From Eledone cirrhosa (taxonomy: Eukaryota), in contig OZ024741.1 of the NCBI GenBank assembly GCA_964016885.1, positions 231,074,001-231,138,000 on the forward strand: a DNA stretch of 64,000 nucleotides. The letters run 5' to 3'. Numbering within the stretch: the stretch's first letter is position 1; every line of letters begins with the position of its first letter. Positions 15,375-29,749 of the stretch are shown piece by piece. The translations under genes and the position numbers were made by a program. The notes under the pieces were generated by a model. It had not been told where the DNA came from. It worked only from the letters and a program-made list of their open reading frames with translations, and ran no database searches.

Positions 15375-17340
15375 CAATAGTAGTAGTAGTAGAAGAAGAA
15401 GAAGTTCATCTAGTGTCAATAATGCATTCCAGCACTACTGAGCGCAGAATTATGGTAGCTGGGCGCTCCTTAAGTATTATTCGGTCGCGGGGAATCTAGA
15501 GATCCTTACATATATATATATATATTTTTTTTTTGCATTAGATTCAGTAATCGATCTTGGCTTGTTGAGGTGTTTTTTAACAAGATTAACATTAGTTTTA
15601 TGGAAAGGTTTTAAAAGACAGGAATTTTGTCTTAGCTTATGTCGAGGCAATTTAAGGCATAATAATTGTGTTCAAAGCATATGTGTAGTAAAAAGCGTTA
15701 AAGAAGGTTTTAATTGCTTTTATTCTACGTTAGAGCTGTCGGCCATTGAAGTTATTGATTACTAGTAGATGTTAGGTTCTTTAAATTCCACTGGGAATTC
15801 TTAGAGTCGATGCTACTCTATATTTCAGAATAAGACTAAGAGCGAAACGCTATAAAAGACACCCTAATATAGATTTCCTTATTCATATGATATACACACA
15901 TTCTGAAGATTACCAAACACATTGGGAACTTCGATTAAAGTGTGTAAGGGGTTGTAATGTTACGGGTAAATCCCTAATTTCTAGCATAGTTACTTGTCTA
16001 AATATTGGAAATATACAAATTGGACAATCGCAGTTACCCACTCTCAATGTATACAGATATAACTTTATCGTATACTTCGGCTGCTAAGTGAGAAAAAGAG
16101 ACAGGGAGGCAGAGGGGGCGAGAGAAAGAAGAAGAACGGAGACAATAGGATAGATGAAAATAACGACTGATAAAACAATATAGGAATACCTCTGGGAATT
16201 TACGTATGCAAGAATGTACATCGCACGGCATACGATGGGAAAAGTTATTTGCATATATATTTCATTGTGAAAGTATAAAACAAACCAATGAGTGCATCTG
16301 CATTAAACAATTGTTATGTTTGTATATATACGTAGAACGGCTTAATTTCTGTTTTATGCCCCTGATTTGGAACTTTACACCTTTTGTAATATATTGGCAG
16401 TGAGGCATTTTTAAATATCTAGATATCAAATATTTAGATAGAGATGAAAAACAAGAACATTCTCATTTACACTCACTCATAGGTATCATATATATAAATG
16501 AGTGTGTGTGGGTAAGTGTGTGTCTGTGTCTATGTGTGTATATGTTTGTGTGTTCATCTGCCATGGCCTATCAAGCTAGAATGGTGAGTGTGAGGAACTC
16601 GCGTTCTAGGTTTTGCATCAGTCTCAAGATGTTACATCCTCCTCGAAGGCACGGGGGTAGTTGTCCAGTTCGGAGAATGCCTGCTGGATGCTACAATACA
16701 TATTCATAGACACAGGTTCTTGGCAGATAGAACCTCTCAAGCTTTCTCAGACATTAAGTCTGCTTAACCCCTAGATGGGACACTAGCAGTTACTAGCAAA
16801 GCAGACCAAAGCGGTCACGAGAGAAATCGTGACACAAGGTAAATCTACATGTGAATGGAGTTCCACTGAATAAGGTTTAGAAGGTCAATCAACTCAGATT
16901 CGTGCTCATGGGTGGTGGAAGGTATAAGGTTGAATTACGTGAAAAATTTGCAGGAGCAGGGCAGTAATACACCAGTTTCAGCATTTAGTAAACAGAAAAA
17001 CACTCATCTGCCCACTTCCATCAGAGTCAAATGACTAATATACAGAAACCCCTCTCAAAATGAGAAATGGGGTCATCCGCAAAAACCAAACAAACAAAAT
17101 ATCATGCAATGCTAGTCCAAGACACACACCAATAGACGCTCTAGACAACAGAGAAACCACTCCCGCAACAAATAAAAGCATAACATCTATAACATCAAAC
17201 TCAGCGACAACACAACCGCCAACGAAGCCACCGCTACTAACAACAGCTCCACCAGCACCACTAGCAGATAAAAACACACACAACGACAAACTGATGATTT
17301 CCCACATCAATATTTATTTCAGCTTATATGTATTTTAGAC
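15311..17340 (+). repeat. Duplicated block D (copy at ~35590-36940): (TAG)n, an old Penelope RT scrap and unique-like sequence
   Basis: Shared agaagttcatctag...ccagcactactgag, gttcatctgccatggccta, acacaaccgccaac. Confidence 0.88.
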
Positions 17341-17569
17341 GTCTTCGGTGAAATATGCCATTCGAGCCCCAGCAACCAGCCGGCAGCCGAAATATGTATC
17401 GGTATCAATTACCTCTACCATTAACAAGATGAAGGATATGACAGCGGCAGTGACAATAACAACAACATATATGTGCATACACCAATATCTTACCAGCAAT
17501 CACTACCACCACCATTTACAAGAGGAAGCCAACTCCAGCATCAATGACAATAACACCATTTGAGTCATT

Positions 17570-19980
17570 CCGCTGGGAACAACTCCCATTTATTTATTTG
17601 CTAACTTTTTACTTTCGTGTGTGTCCCCCTCCGTGCAACCCCTCTTCTATTTTATCGTGTCTTCTGTCACCTCCATATGTGATGTAGGTGTGCTGAGGCC
17701 TCACTCATACCAACACTTGCCCCTCCACCCACGTGCAGTTGTGAGTAGCACCTTGACTGTTGATAACCAGCCACTCAAGCCTGATGCCGCTTGGTGCCCC
17801 AGCTCCGGCTCCACGCCCCATCCTCCATCCCCACCAGTCGACATCTGCCTCACTTGCAGTACCATGAACAGGCGGAAGAGGGGCCGGAACTGTTTGGGGT
17901 GCAGCTGCTTCCACCACCTCACCTGTGTTAGGCTTGACGCGTCGAGCTTCCAGTGCTCTCACAACGTGGAGAGCAGAAACTCTCTTCCCTTCGTCTGCCC
18001 TGCCACGTCCGTCTGGCACTCAACCAGATGAGACAGCGAGCTTGCCTGATGCCCGAGCCTCGATGGTCAACATCACGCGACTCAGGCGGCCCTGGAGGAT
18101 TCCACTCAGGATCCCAAGAGCTGCGCGGGTGACGGTAGCCGATGACCTCACTTCCTCGATCGAGAGTGTTCTGAACTCCAACCGAGCCCGCGACTGGAAG
18201 CGCCACTTCTATTTAGCCCCACTCACCGTCGGCCTCCCTAACAGAAGGAGGCCACAACCCCTGCTCTTGGCTACCTCCAATCCTGCACGCATGAGGTCAG
18301 CTCCAGGCGTTAGCGTGACCGCGTAATCACTAAATTTATCAGTCGTGATGTCTCGGCCGCAGTCAGAGTGGTTGTCTCAGATGACACTGTCCTCCAACCC
18401 ACCGAGGAGGTCCTAGCTGCCCTGCGACTCAAGCAACCTGAACCACCCGCTGACCTCCGACCTATACCCCCACCCGATCCCCGTCTGCTCCTTGTGGCTT
18501 CCGACGCAGACATCAAGTCCTTCCCAGCTAGCAGCAGCCGAGGTGGTGATGGTCTCTGACGAGGACACCCCAAGGAGTTGCTACCCTCCGCTCCCCGTTG
18601 AGGACATGCGCCGCCTTCTGAGTGCAATTGTGGGACTCACCAATAGGCTTATCCATGGCGCCCTGGATCATCACGCACGAGGCCTCTTTTTTTCGGCTAG
18701 CCTGACTACTCTCAGGGAATATCTTCCGGAGGCTGGCTGCTAAGGTGGTCTGCAGGTCCATAACACCTGAACTGGGTGAGGAGTTCAGTCCAGTTCACCT
18801 GTGTGTCGGCGTGTCCGGTGGCCGTGAGGGGAGCACTCATGCAACCAGACAGTTCTTCAATAGCTGTCCACCGGAACTGGCATCCAGGGACGCCAGACAC
18901 CTCATTCTCAAGCTTGACATGGGGAATGCCTTTAACTGCATACGCCGGGAACATCTGCCGATGCCTGCTTCATTCGAGACCCCTCCTCCTACCCGCTGGC
19001 CTACTTGTCATATGGAGCCCCGAGCATGGTACTTGTTGCTGACACAGTCATAACATTGGCTACTGTGTTCCAACAGAGCGACCCTTTGAGCCCCTACTGT
19101 TTGGCCTTGGTATAGACAAGATTGCCTGGATTATCATGTCCCCTCTCAACGTTTGGTACCTGGAGGAGGCTACGGTGGGTGGGTCCGTGGAGACTGTCTG
19201 CCATGGCTTTCAATCGGTGGTTCCTGCCCTGGCAGGAAACGGCCTCCAGTTCAACTCGTCCAGGTCGGAGGTGGTAAATGTCAGCCATGATGCTGAGAGC
19301 GTTGCAGCCTCCGTCTCGGATGTGCGGTCCAATCTCCATTAGGTACAGGTGACCCCCAAAGAGGATGTCCTATTCCTCGTGTCACCGATCCACCCGCCAG
19401 CTATCCGCTCCACCATCATGTCTAGGATACAACTCCAGACCCTCAGAGCTATTGGGATTGATCGACAGCCACCCAGCTCTATCCCTGAAGAGGAACAGCT
19501 TCGCACTGTCAAAGCTCCTCTACACCCTTCGGAGCGCTCCGTGTTACAGCCACTCATCTCTCCCCGCTGGCCTCGATACTTGTATCCGAACAGCATTTGA
19601 GGAGATATACAACGTCAGGTTTGACGACATTGGATGGCAACAGGCCACCTTGCCTGTGAGATATGGCGATCTTGGCCTCCGGTCCCCGATCTCGCTGGCT
19701 TTGCTGGAGTTAATTTCATCGGTAAACCTCATACCACGGTTCGTCAGCAGGGTTTTCCAAAACACAATGGAACACTCTGTGTTCAGGGAACGTGAGGTCG
19801 TCTGTGAGACGTGCGACAGGCTGGGTCTCAGCCCAGTAGACATGCCTCTTCCTTCTCCCGCTGCTGACGTCAAGTCCCATCAAAGAGTATAGGATGTTAT
19901 CCAAAGCAGCCTGGCCTCAGACAAGCTAACGCGCCAGCTCGACCGGCACCACGTTGCCTGTGTTCGCGTGGTGCTGACCT
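17570..19980 (+). mobile_element. Degenerate CRE-like non-LTR retrotransposon, 3'-truncated
   Basis: VGVSGGREG, LKLDMGNAFN, VQQSDPL, VWYLEE, WQQATLPVRYGDLGLR; frameshifted; GC-rich island. Confidence 0.75.
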
Positions 19981-20584
19981 TAACCAAACGATAGTGTATG
20001 CGTAGCTAGAATCCAGCAGATAGTGGAAGCAATAAACGGAACTCTGAGGGACAGTGAGGTATATATTTTGTTGACATCCACATTATTGAGATAATCGAGA
20101 GAGGGAACAGAGGTTATCAACAAAAAGAGTAACCTGTTCAGCTCTTGACACGACAGATCAACTGGAAGCTTCCTCAGACTGTGCCGATTAACAACACAGT
20201 TGTACTGTTGAGGTCCGCTACAAAGCTTGACCATGGAGGCTATGCGTGGCCACACAACAACTCCAGCAGTGGGGAATCCTTGATAGTTTGTGTGCACCCG
20301 CTCCGAATCATTCTACCACCATTTTGTTATGGACTATGGGAAATTATGATCACGACATGAGGGTCCATGTTTTACCTCTCTTTGTCCCTCGTTCCTTGAT
20401 CTCCGTATGTATACTTGCTTTTGTATTTATGTATAATCTTTGTTCCGTTTCTTCCTATGTTCAACATATGTGCACCTGCATTTATGTCTATGTTTTGTGT
20501 TCCTATATTCGCTCCCGATAACTCACTTCCACAGTCTAGCAGTCATTTTTTTGTCGGACGTAGTTGGTACCGTTGTTATTATTA

Positions 20585-21005
20585 ATTGGCAGTATCGGTA
20601 GAGGGTCGGACGTCATGCTTTGAGGCATAGAGTTACGGCCCTTACCATTCTAAGTTCAAATACCGCTGTGGTCAACTTGTTTTCATCCTTACAGGGTCGA
20701 TAAAATAAAGTATCAGTAATGTACTGGGTAATTGCTGACCTTGTGCCAAAAGTATAAACAATTATTAATATCAACGTAAGGGAGGTGGATTTGCAGTATC
20801 GGTAGAGAGTCGGACACCATATTTTCCGCCATAGAGTTTCGCCCTTTATGATCTAAGTTCAGATACCACCAAGGTTAACTTTGCCTCTCTTCCTTACGGG
20901 ATCGATAAAATAAAGCGCCAGTAACGTACTGAGGTCGATTTAATCGACTTTCTCCTCCCTCCAAATTGCTGGCCTTGTACCTATATAATAAACCATTATT
21001 AATAC
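20585..21005 (+). mobile_element. Tandem tRNA-derived SINEs
   Basis: Same SINE motifs as 850-1275. Confidence 0.7.
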
Positions 21006-21547
21006 CACCGTAGTTAAAACTGACTACTATTGCGGTTTATTGTTATTTTGCACAGAGATTATCGCTGCACTCATCCAATTGACAATTAAAATCACAGAGA
21101 TCGGTATTTGTCGGAGTATTGCTTTTCCATATTTTAGTTTATTAAGTAAATGTTATATGTACATTTCAAATGCGTTATAAAAAGATTACGCATTTCGGAC
21201 AACCATTTCAAGTCCCATATTTGACATATCATATACATTATTATTAAATTATGTTTGACGAAGATGTCTTCGACTTCTGGAAATGTGCTCTCTTGCATCT
21301 GAAATATATATAACAGTTGTTACTTAACACATTAATGAATAACAATTTATAGTCTTCTCATAATATTAAAAAAAAATGATATCCATTGTTTCTCATTGTA
21401 AATATATACCCTAGAATGGTCTGTACATCGAACAATATTCCACGTGGAAAGGATTTTTTTAAAAATGGGCTAATAAAGTAATGCAAATAGTCTTATTGTT
21501 TAATTCTTCAAATATGTTATACATATATATATATATATATCGTTTCT

Positions 21548-24500
21548 GAATTTGTTTAGCAAGATTCTTTATCTGAAATCGTGTGTTGAAACCGATATTG
21601 TTATACTTTGGGAGGGTCATGTTGCCAATAAGAAACACACGCACCAGTTGCTTTCACTTAAATTTATTATAGTAAATTTATAATAAATTTATACATTTAT
21701 AAATTTCTGGTTGGTTGGTTGGTTCCACAACCAGATAGTTGTTTATATATAGTCATAGTTCTTTCGTCACACACTCTGTGACTTCTTCAGTGACTGGGGA
21801 TTCCTTTCTTTGTTTCTGTGCCTCTCCTTTGTTCTGTCCTACGCCATTTTGTTTCTGTGTGTGGCTTGTGTGCTCAGTATGCGCATGCGCCACATCCGGG
21901 TGTCTGTGTGTGTTTATGTTCATTTATTTATTTATTTATTTACATGTTACTGGTTGGTTGTTTGTTCTATGTGTGCGTGTGTTTTCATTTTGTCCTTAAT
22001 TGTAAGTTGTGATGTTGCTGTTCCACTCATATTTTCTATTTAATTTTGGTTGTAATTCTTTTATGTTTATTGCCTCTGTAATTTGTCTAAACATTGCGTC
22101 TTTTCTGGGTGTAGATTCTATTTTTATTTCTATGTTCTCTAATTTACCCTTGTGTTCTATTTTAGCATGTTGGTAGAGTACAGATGATTCGTTATTATCT
22201 TGAAGGTCTCGCCAGTGTTCATTTATCCGTACCCCTACACTCCGGGCTGTCTCACCTATGTACACTATATTTTTGTCTCTACATTGTCCTTCAGTACATC
22301 TTATGCTATACAGTACATTTCTAGTTTTACAGTTAATATGGGGGCTTATTTTACAAGTTATACATTTTTTATCTATACATGAGGGTCTTTGAAAAGGGTA
22401 TGTCTTGCTAATAAGTGTTTTTACGGAGGTACCTGGTCTTTCTACTATCTTAATATTGAGTTTAGGTTTATTTAGGGCCCTTCTAAATTTGTAAGCTAAT
22501 TCACCTCTAGGGGTTGTATCGATGAACATTACACTCTGGTATTTATTGCTATCATACCATGAGTTTATTCTATTAGCCTTGTTCCTAGTTCTTTCTATTC
22601 TATTCCAAAATTTGCTCCTATACAAGGGGCAGGTCCCATTTATGTCATTATTTACCATTTTTTCCCATTTGGTTCTAGCTCCTCTATACACTCTGATTTT
22701 ATCTCTCTGATTGTAGCCAGAGAACTGCATACGGTGGATGAAGTGTTGTATGTGTCTCTCTAGTTCTTCGGGGTTGCACATGCGGGACACATTTTTCATC
22801 ACCCGTACCAAACCCGCAATCAGTATGTTGATTTTGGTATGGTCCGAAACGGCCGAGTTTCGGTGGATCAGATGTTTGGAAGTCATGGGTTTGGCATAAT
22901 GGGAATGGAGGATTTGTTTTTGTTGTTAATGGTATCTAACCAGAGCTCTGTGTCTAGTACAGGTAATCGATGGTTGGGGTGTTTACTTGGGTAGTCTATA
23001 GTAACTCTAATGCTCTGGTGGATGGAGTTTGCTATTTGCTGGATGCTTTCCATTGTGTTTTTCTCTAGTTCCTGACTGTTCTCTAGTGGGGGTGTCTTAA
23101 CTACGATGTTTATATCATCTACGTAGCGGGAGTACATTATCAGGGTTAAGGGGTCTTCTAATTGTTCTTTAAGTTTAAGTTTAAGTCTACTGTCCCACCA
23201 TACCATGAATAAGTTAGCTATGTCGCCTGCAATGCTAACACCAATGGCTGCTCCTTCCTCTTGGGCATATGTTTTTCCATTAAATTTGAACATATGTTCC
23301 TTAAGGGTTAGTTTTATGCTGGCCCCTACCGCATGTGCAATCATTTTCTTCAGTTCTTCGTGGTTTTCGGGTGTCCGTATGGCTCTGGTCCACCCGTTCC
23401 ATCTATCTGTGTGGGTTTTCTTGGCCATTGAGGTAATGGTAGGTGGTATGCCTCTTGCTGGTCTTGTAGGGAACAGGTTGCTAAGGTCATATGTGTCTAG
23501 GTAATTATTACTATAGGTAAGCCTAAGTAGGAGTCCCAGCTCACTGGTATCAATCCCACGGAACTCAACCTTGCTCTCACTGATCATTTCTACACATTTC
23601 TCCACAGCAAAATCCACGTCAATAGATGGATACAGGGACACAACATCCATACTGCCTATTATGCAGTTTGTTAGGTCCCCAGATCGGTTACTCACGCCGA
23701 TTCTGCTGAGGAGGTCCTCCGTGCTGTCACATACATCTGGGGACATTTCAATGATGGGGCGTATGATCAGGGAGAGGAAGTAGGAGAAGTTCGCAGTTAC
23801 TAGCAATGTTAGCTGCACAGACTGGCCGTATTGGTGGTCCCGCGACATGGTCACAGCCCGTTTGATGGTCTTTTCGAAGCCCATACAACGCCGGCACGTC
23901 ATTGTTCCAGGCCTGGAAGTTGTTGGCAGTCCTTTTGTTGGGCTGCATTATATTCGTCCACATCACCATATGGGCATCGAGGGCTTTTTCTCTATCCTCA
24001 TGCTCCTGTGGTGTTACCTCTCTTGTGTGTTAGTGATGTGGGGGTGCATTGCCTGGATGTAGTTTGGCAGGCTGTCAACCGACATTCAGCCAGACTTGTC
24101 TGTTGGAAAGCATGCTATCTCTCCATTACGTGAGCGCTGCATGAACTTACGCAAGCCATTTGCAGATTTTTCTCCCAGTTGCTGGGCCTCCATTCTATTA
24201 TGCTTCTTGCTATACTGTTCTATAATATTTCTAAGTTCGGATCTAGCTATACTAAATTGTGCTTCTGTTTGTTCATCGACCTGCGACGGCAATTGCGTGC
24301 GTTTGTTAAATGGTAAAGTCGTGGCGTGGACTCGTCGCAGGTCGAATGATTTATCGGAGGGATTATAAAACGTAGGGTTCCAGGCTGCTGCTTTATGTGT
24401 ACTAGTGCTATTGTTATTGTTAGTTGTGTTGTTTCTATTTCTATTTCCACCAACAGCCTCATGGTTGTTTCTATGTCTCTCACAATTACTCCTGTCTCTT

Positions 24501-25629
24501 TCCACTGGCTCATTGTTGTTATCTACCCTATTCTGTGTGTCTGTATGTTCGTCTTGGTTATTCTCTTTGTCCTTAGTCTCCCTTTTCTTTTTAATCCTAT
24601 TACTTTCCCTTATTTCTCTGATTTCTGTGCTACTGTCATTACTTGTTTTCTGTGTCTGTGTGTTTGTTAAGATTGTGGTGGTGGTGAGAGGCATTGAATG
24701 TGTGTGTGTTGTTGTTGTTGTTGATGTGTGCTGTTGTTGATGTGTGTTGTTGTTGTCTCCGTGTGTGTTATCGTTGTTGTGTGTGTTGTTATTGTTGTTT
24801 GTGTCTGCGTGTCTGTTGTTGTTGTTTCTGGGTATGTTGTTATTGTTGTTGTTGTTGGGATGTGTGTTGTATATGTGCGTGCGTATATTGTTGCTTTTGT
24901 TTTTGTTTTTTTTTTTGAGGCTCCAGCGTAGTTTTGTAAATGATTTTTCTATTTCTGAAAGACAACTAATCATATTTACCTTCTTGAATGTCGCAAATTT
25001 CGGGGGTAAACATAACACAGACATCTCATCGTCATCTATTCTTGTGTTACCGTATATATTTGTGTTGTTGTTGTTGTTGAACTCTTCTGTTAATGAGGTA
25101 TCGGCCATATTTATACCGTCAATTTTGTCGGGATATCTATTGGTATTCTCTATAGTATCCTGATTTAGCTTTATCTGCTTAAGCCACTTTAGTTTCTTGT
25201 TAAAGTGCTTATCACATTCTTGAATAATGTACTGTTCTTCAGGGCGTATAAGGCTTATAAATATTAGTTTCTCTCTTGGTGTGGTGATCCTAGCTATTTC
25301 TTGTATTACGTTACGCTTATGTTTTTCTTGATGACTTAATTCTCTATAGATCTTCTTTTTATGTTTAGAATTAATGTTCGTTTTAGCCTATCTGCTTGTT
25401 TTTTGGTGAATTGTAATCTTCTAACGTCGGTGTTGATGGTGTTGGTGTAAACTCGGGATGAGGCACATTCTTTTATGAAGTGTAGTTGTCGAGATGTTAT
25501 GGTTTTTCGTAGACAACAGAACATGGTGGTTTTCAGTATCTTGTTAGCCTGGCTAAGGCTTACGATATTTCGTTTATGAATTTGTTTAGCAAGATTCTTT
25601 ATCTGAAATCGTGTGTTGAAACCGATATT
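21548..25629 (-). mobile_element. Near full-length Penelope-like element (RT, Cys linker, GIY-YIG) with a ~52-bp direct terminal repeat
   Basis: SMDVVSLYPSI, EGAAIG, SRYVDD, LPVLD, CIDKKCITC, NVLYSIRC, VYIGET; gaatttgtttagcaagattc...ccgatatt at 21548 and 25578. Confidence 0.92.
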
Positions 25630-25689
25630 TATATATATATATATACATATATATATTTATATATATATGTGTGTGTTATATATGTTACT

Positions 25690-28600
25690 GGTAACATGTA
25701 ACCCAGTACTACCTGTCTCATGGTCGGGTCGTCGGCGACTAAACCGACAACCCCACCAAGTGAGGAGGGTGATATTTGGGCACCCTGCGGGATGAAATAC
25801 AAGACCCCGCAAAGGGCGGAGGGACTGAGCAGAGTCAACGGCCATCCAAATAGTACTTTTTTTAATCTTTTTATTTACCTGGGAGTGAAGGTCCCCTGTT
25901 GTTGTCACAACACCTTTCTAGGAGAGGGAAACTTTGAATAAAAACCTGCGGTTTTGGAAGCATCCGATGATGTTGACCAGTTCTCCTTTTCGGGCAATGT
26001 TTTCGATCCTCAGAGAGTGGCATTGGTCGCGTGCAAGGCCTTCCCCACTTAAATAAACCTTCAAAGCACAGACATCGCTTGTTCCGGATCTGTTACAGGT
26101 TCGTGTGGCTGACCGTAGCCTAAAAGTGCACCAAACTCTATGATGACAGATGGTAACCTTGAAGTCAATGGCAGTAAGGGCTCCGGAACTTATTGTGCAG
26201 GGGCCTGGCCCGCCAGGTGTTCCATGGTACTGCAGCGTGGGCCCGGTCGTCATACTACAACTGCAAGGACGTTCGTATCTCTGAATATTGGATGTTGGAA
26301 TGTAAGAACTTTACTGGATTCCCAGTCCAGTAAAACTCGCCATGAAAGATCTGCTTTGGTATCGAGGGAACTCGATCGCTATGGCATGGACATCGATGCT
26401 CTTTCAGAAACGAGATTGGCAGGAGAGGGTCAATTCACAGAACTGAAGGGAGGATATACCTTCTATTGGAGTGGTGGAGCAGAGGGTTGTAGAAGAGAGG
26501 CAGGGGTCGCATTTGCAATCAGGAATGGAATCGTCTCAAAGCTGAAAAATCTTCCTTGTGGATTCAATGATCGGATATTGTCCATGAGAGTCCCTCTGAT
26601 TCAAAACTGCTTTGTGACTCTGGTCAGTGTGTACGCTCCTACTATGTGTGCTAGTGATGATGGAAAACTAAGTTTCTACATGTATTTGAGAGAGGTCATC
26701 CATAGTATACCTTATGCAGACACGATTGTCATCCTTGGTGATTTTGATGCACATGTTGGTAATGGCTGGGAAGCTCAGAGTGTGATAAGACAACTTGGAT
26801 GCATCCAGGTTCCAAGAAGTGGAACATTATTGACTTCATTTCAACAAGAAAACGTGATATCAGGGATATCACGTTGGTTCGTGTATTGCGAGGCGCGGAA
26901 TGTTGGACTGATCATCGTCTGGTGCACGCCAAGTTTCAATTTGTTGTGAAGCCCAACGCAAGGGGGAAGAAGGTTGCACTTCCAAAACAACAAAGCGTGG
27001 CACGTTTGAAAACAGAGAAAGTCAGAGCTGAGCTGTTGAGGTCCCTTTTAGTCCATGTAATGTGAAAACACTGGGATTCATTGAAGAAAACCGTCTTTGA
27101 TGTTAGTACTGGAGTTTTGGGTCATACCAATAGAAAGCAAAAAGACTGGTTCGATGAACATGATCCAGTGATCCAGACCTTGCTTGAAGAGAAACAAAAA
27201 TTGCTGACATCATTGTTGTGTGAGACACGTTCTGGCGGGAGTGACCGGACCTTCAGGCAAATCAAGGCACGACTGTAACATCGATTGAGAGCCATGCAGG
27301 AAACCTGGTGGAGTCAATAGGCTGATGAGATCCAGAAGGCCTCAGATAAACATGATACAAAGCTCTGATACAGTCTGTTCAGGGAGGTGTATGGTCCTAC
27401 CGGTTCACAAATATCACCACTTCTCTCTGGGGACGGCAAGGAATTGCTCAGAGATCTGAAGGAAATGCTGATCCGGTGGCATGACTACTTTGATGAGCTT
27501 CTCAACAGACCATCAAAAATTGATGATTAGTTCATCCGGTCGATTCCATCGAGACATACAAAGCTGGCAATGGATTATCCTCCGTCATTTGATGAGGTGG
27601 CGAAGGCCATTACCAAATTAAATAGCGGCAAGTCACCTGGAATGGATGGACTGAGTGCCGAGATTTTCAAGCGTGCTGGTGATAAATTCTTAAACCGCCT
27701 CACTGATCTCTTTGTGAATGTTTGAAATGAAGATGTGCCACAGGATTGGAAAGAAGCATTGATGGTGTTACTTTACAAAGGAAAGGGAGTCAAAGATGAC
27801 TGTGGCAACTACAGAGGCATTTCACTCCTATCTGTAGCTGGGAAGATCTTGTGCAGGATATTGTTGGAGAGACTGATACAGCATATTGCTGTTGGGGTAC
27901 TTCCTGAGTCCCAATGTGGCTTTAGGAATGGCAGAGGCACTGTTGACATGATCTTGTCGGCCAAACAACTTCAAGATAATGCATTGAGCAGCGCATCGAC
28001 TTATACCAAGTTTTTGTCGATCTGACCAAGGCATTTGACACCGTTAATCGGAAGGCTTTGTGGGTTATTTTGGAGAGATTGGGCTGTTCTGGAAAGTTTG
28101 TGAACATTCTGAAACCCTTCCACAATGACATGCAGGCAGGGGTGAATGTTGGAGGTAAACTGTCTGAGCCAATCTCGGTTTAAAATGGTGTCAAGCAGGG
28201 TGATATTCATGCACCGACTTTGTTTGCCTTATATTTCGCGATGATGTTCTTCATGGCCTTTAAGGATTGTCAACACAGTATCTATCTAACATATCGCACA
28301 TCCAGCAGGATGTTTAACCTTCGGCGTCTCACTGCCAATACTAAGGTACTGAGTACCTTGATCTGAGAATGTTTATATACAGATGATTGTGATCTTTTTG
28401 CACACTCCCAGCGTGACATGCAACACTTTATGGATTTTTTTTCCAATGCCTGCAGTGCTTTGGGACTGACAATCAGTCTGAAGAAGACTGTCGTCATGTA
28501 CCAACCTGCACTGGATGAAGTTTTCAATGAACCCTCCATACACGTATACGATCAAACGCTGAAGGCTGCTGACACATTTGTGTATTTAGCGAGTATTCTG

Positions 28601-29520
28601 AGTGTGACCTGCTCTCTGGATGCAGAAGTTGGTCTACGTGTTAGTAAGGCAAGTGAGTCATTTGGAAGGATCAAAGACCGTCTTTGGTGCAGGTGAGGAA
28701 TCACAATGAGGGCCAAGGTGAAGTGTATGCTGCATGTGTAGTGTTAGCTTTGATGTATGCATGTGAGACATGGGTTGCCTACAAATGGCATATCCACAGA
28801 CTGGAACGGTTCACGAGAAAGATGCTCGGTATCATGTGGCAGATGCATGTGAGTGATATTGAGAGCCTTGAGAGGAATGAATTTCGGAGCATTGAGAGTA
28901 TCATCCACCAACGGCGTTTACGATGGACCGCACACCTCTGCAGAATGGAGGATGATCGAATCCGAAAACAACTCTTATATGGCGAGTTTTGTGAGGGTAA
29001 GAGACCACCTCACAAGCCAAAGCTCCGATTCAAGGATTGGGTAAAGGACTCATTGAAAAAAACTGGTTTGATGATGGCTGACTGGGAGATAGAAACACTT
29101 GAAAGAGAAACTTGGCGTGGAATGTTGAATGATGAGGTCCATAATTTTGAGGACGCACGCATAGAACACGAGAAGATTAAACGGGATGTGCGTAAGCAAT
29201 GTCCTGGAGTATATCTCGAAACGATCGGTGTCTCCATTGAATTGAAGTGCCCTGAGTGTGGAAAAATTTGCTTGAGCAAATCTGATCTCAGGATGCACAG
29301 TCAAAGCCATGTTAAAAGAGAACGGGTAAACTATTATCTCCACGGTGTTGTGAGAGTTCACGGGCAACCTGATGCAGGACCTCAAGCCAGGGAGATCCAT
29401 AGTTGTCGTCGGTGTGTGAAGGAGTGCAAGTCCCTAGCAGGCTTCAAAAGCCATATCCGAACATCCCACATCTGAATCTGACAAGCGATTGCAGTACTCT
29501 TGGCAGAGTTTGCAGCCATC
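25690..29520 (+). mobile_element. Full-length degenerate RTE-clade LINE (APE + RT + C-terminal C2H2 fingers)
   Basis: CWNVRTL, ALSETRL, SVYAPT, ILGDF, TDHRLV, NYRGISLLS, PESQCGFR, DLTKAFD, YTDD, RRLRWTAH, KQLLYGE; multiple stops and frameshifts. Confidence 0.93.
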
Positions 29521-29749
29521 ATATATATATATATATATAAAGGTTAACATATACATAAAGTTAAAGATATATATACGTTGCAACTGGTGACTTTTAAGCT
29601 CTATGAAGAATTAATAAATTATTCTTATAGCTTGTTCTGATTGATTTTTTATATTGTTAATTATGCTAATTAGAAGAAGAAATAGTATATATTTTATTAT
29701 CTGATGATTCTAAATACATGATTTATGATATATATATATATATATATAT

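Noticed and set aside
17060-17338. Thr/Pro-rich ORF (paralogue 36641-36883) as a mucin-like stalk exon
   Set aside because: The candidate acceptor (ccatcag) is not conserved in the second copy (ccatctg), no clear donor is present, and C/A-rich composition explains the open frame.
21640-21720. AT-rich hairpin as a hammerhead of the 21.5-25.6 kb Penelope element
   Set aside because: A hairpin and GAAA are present on the minus strand but no convincing CUGAnGA core.
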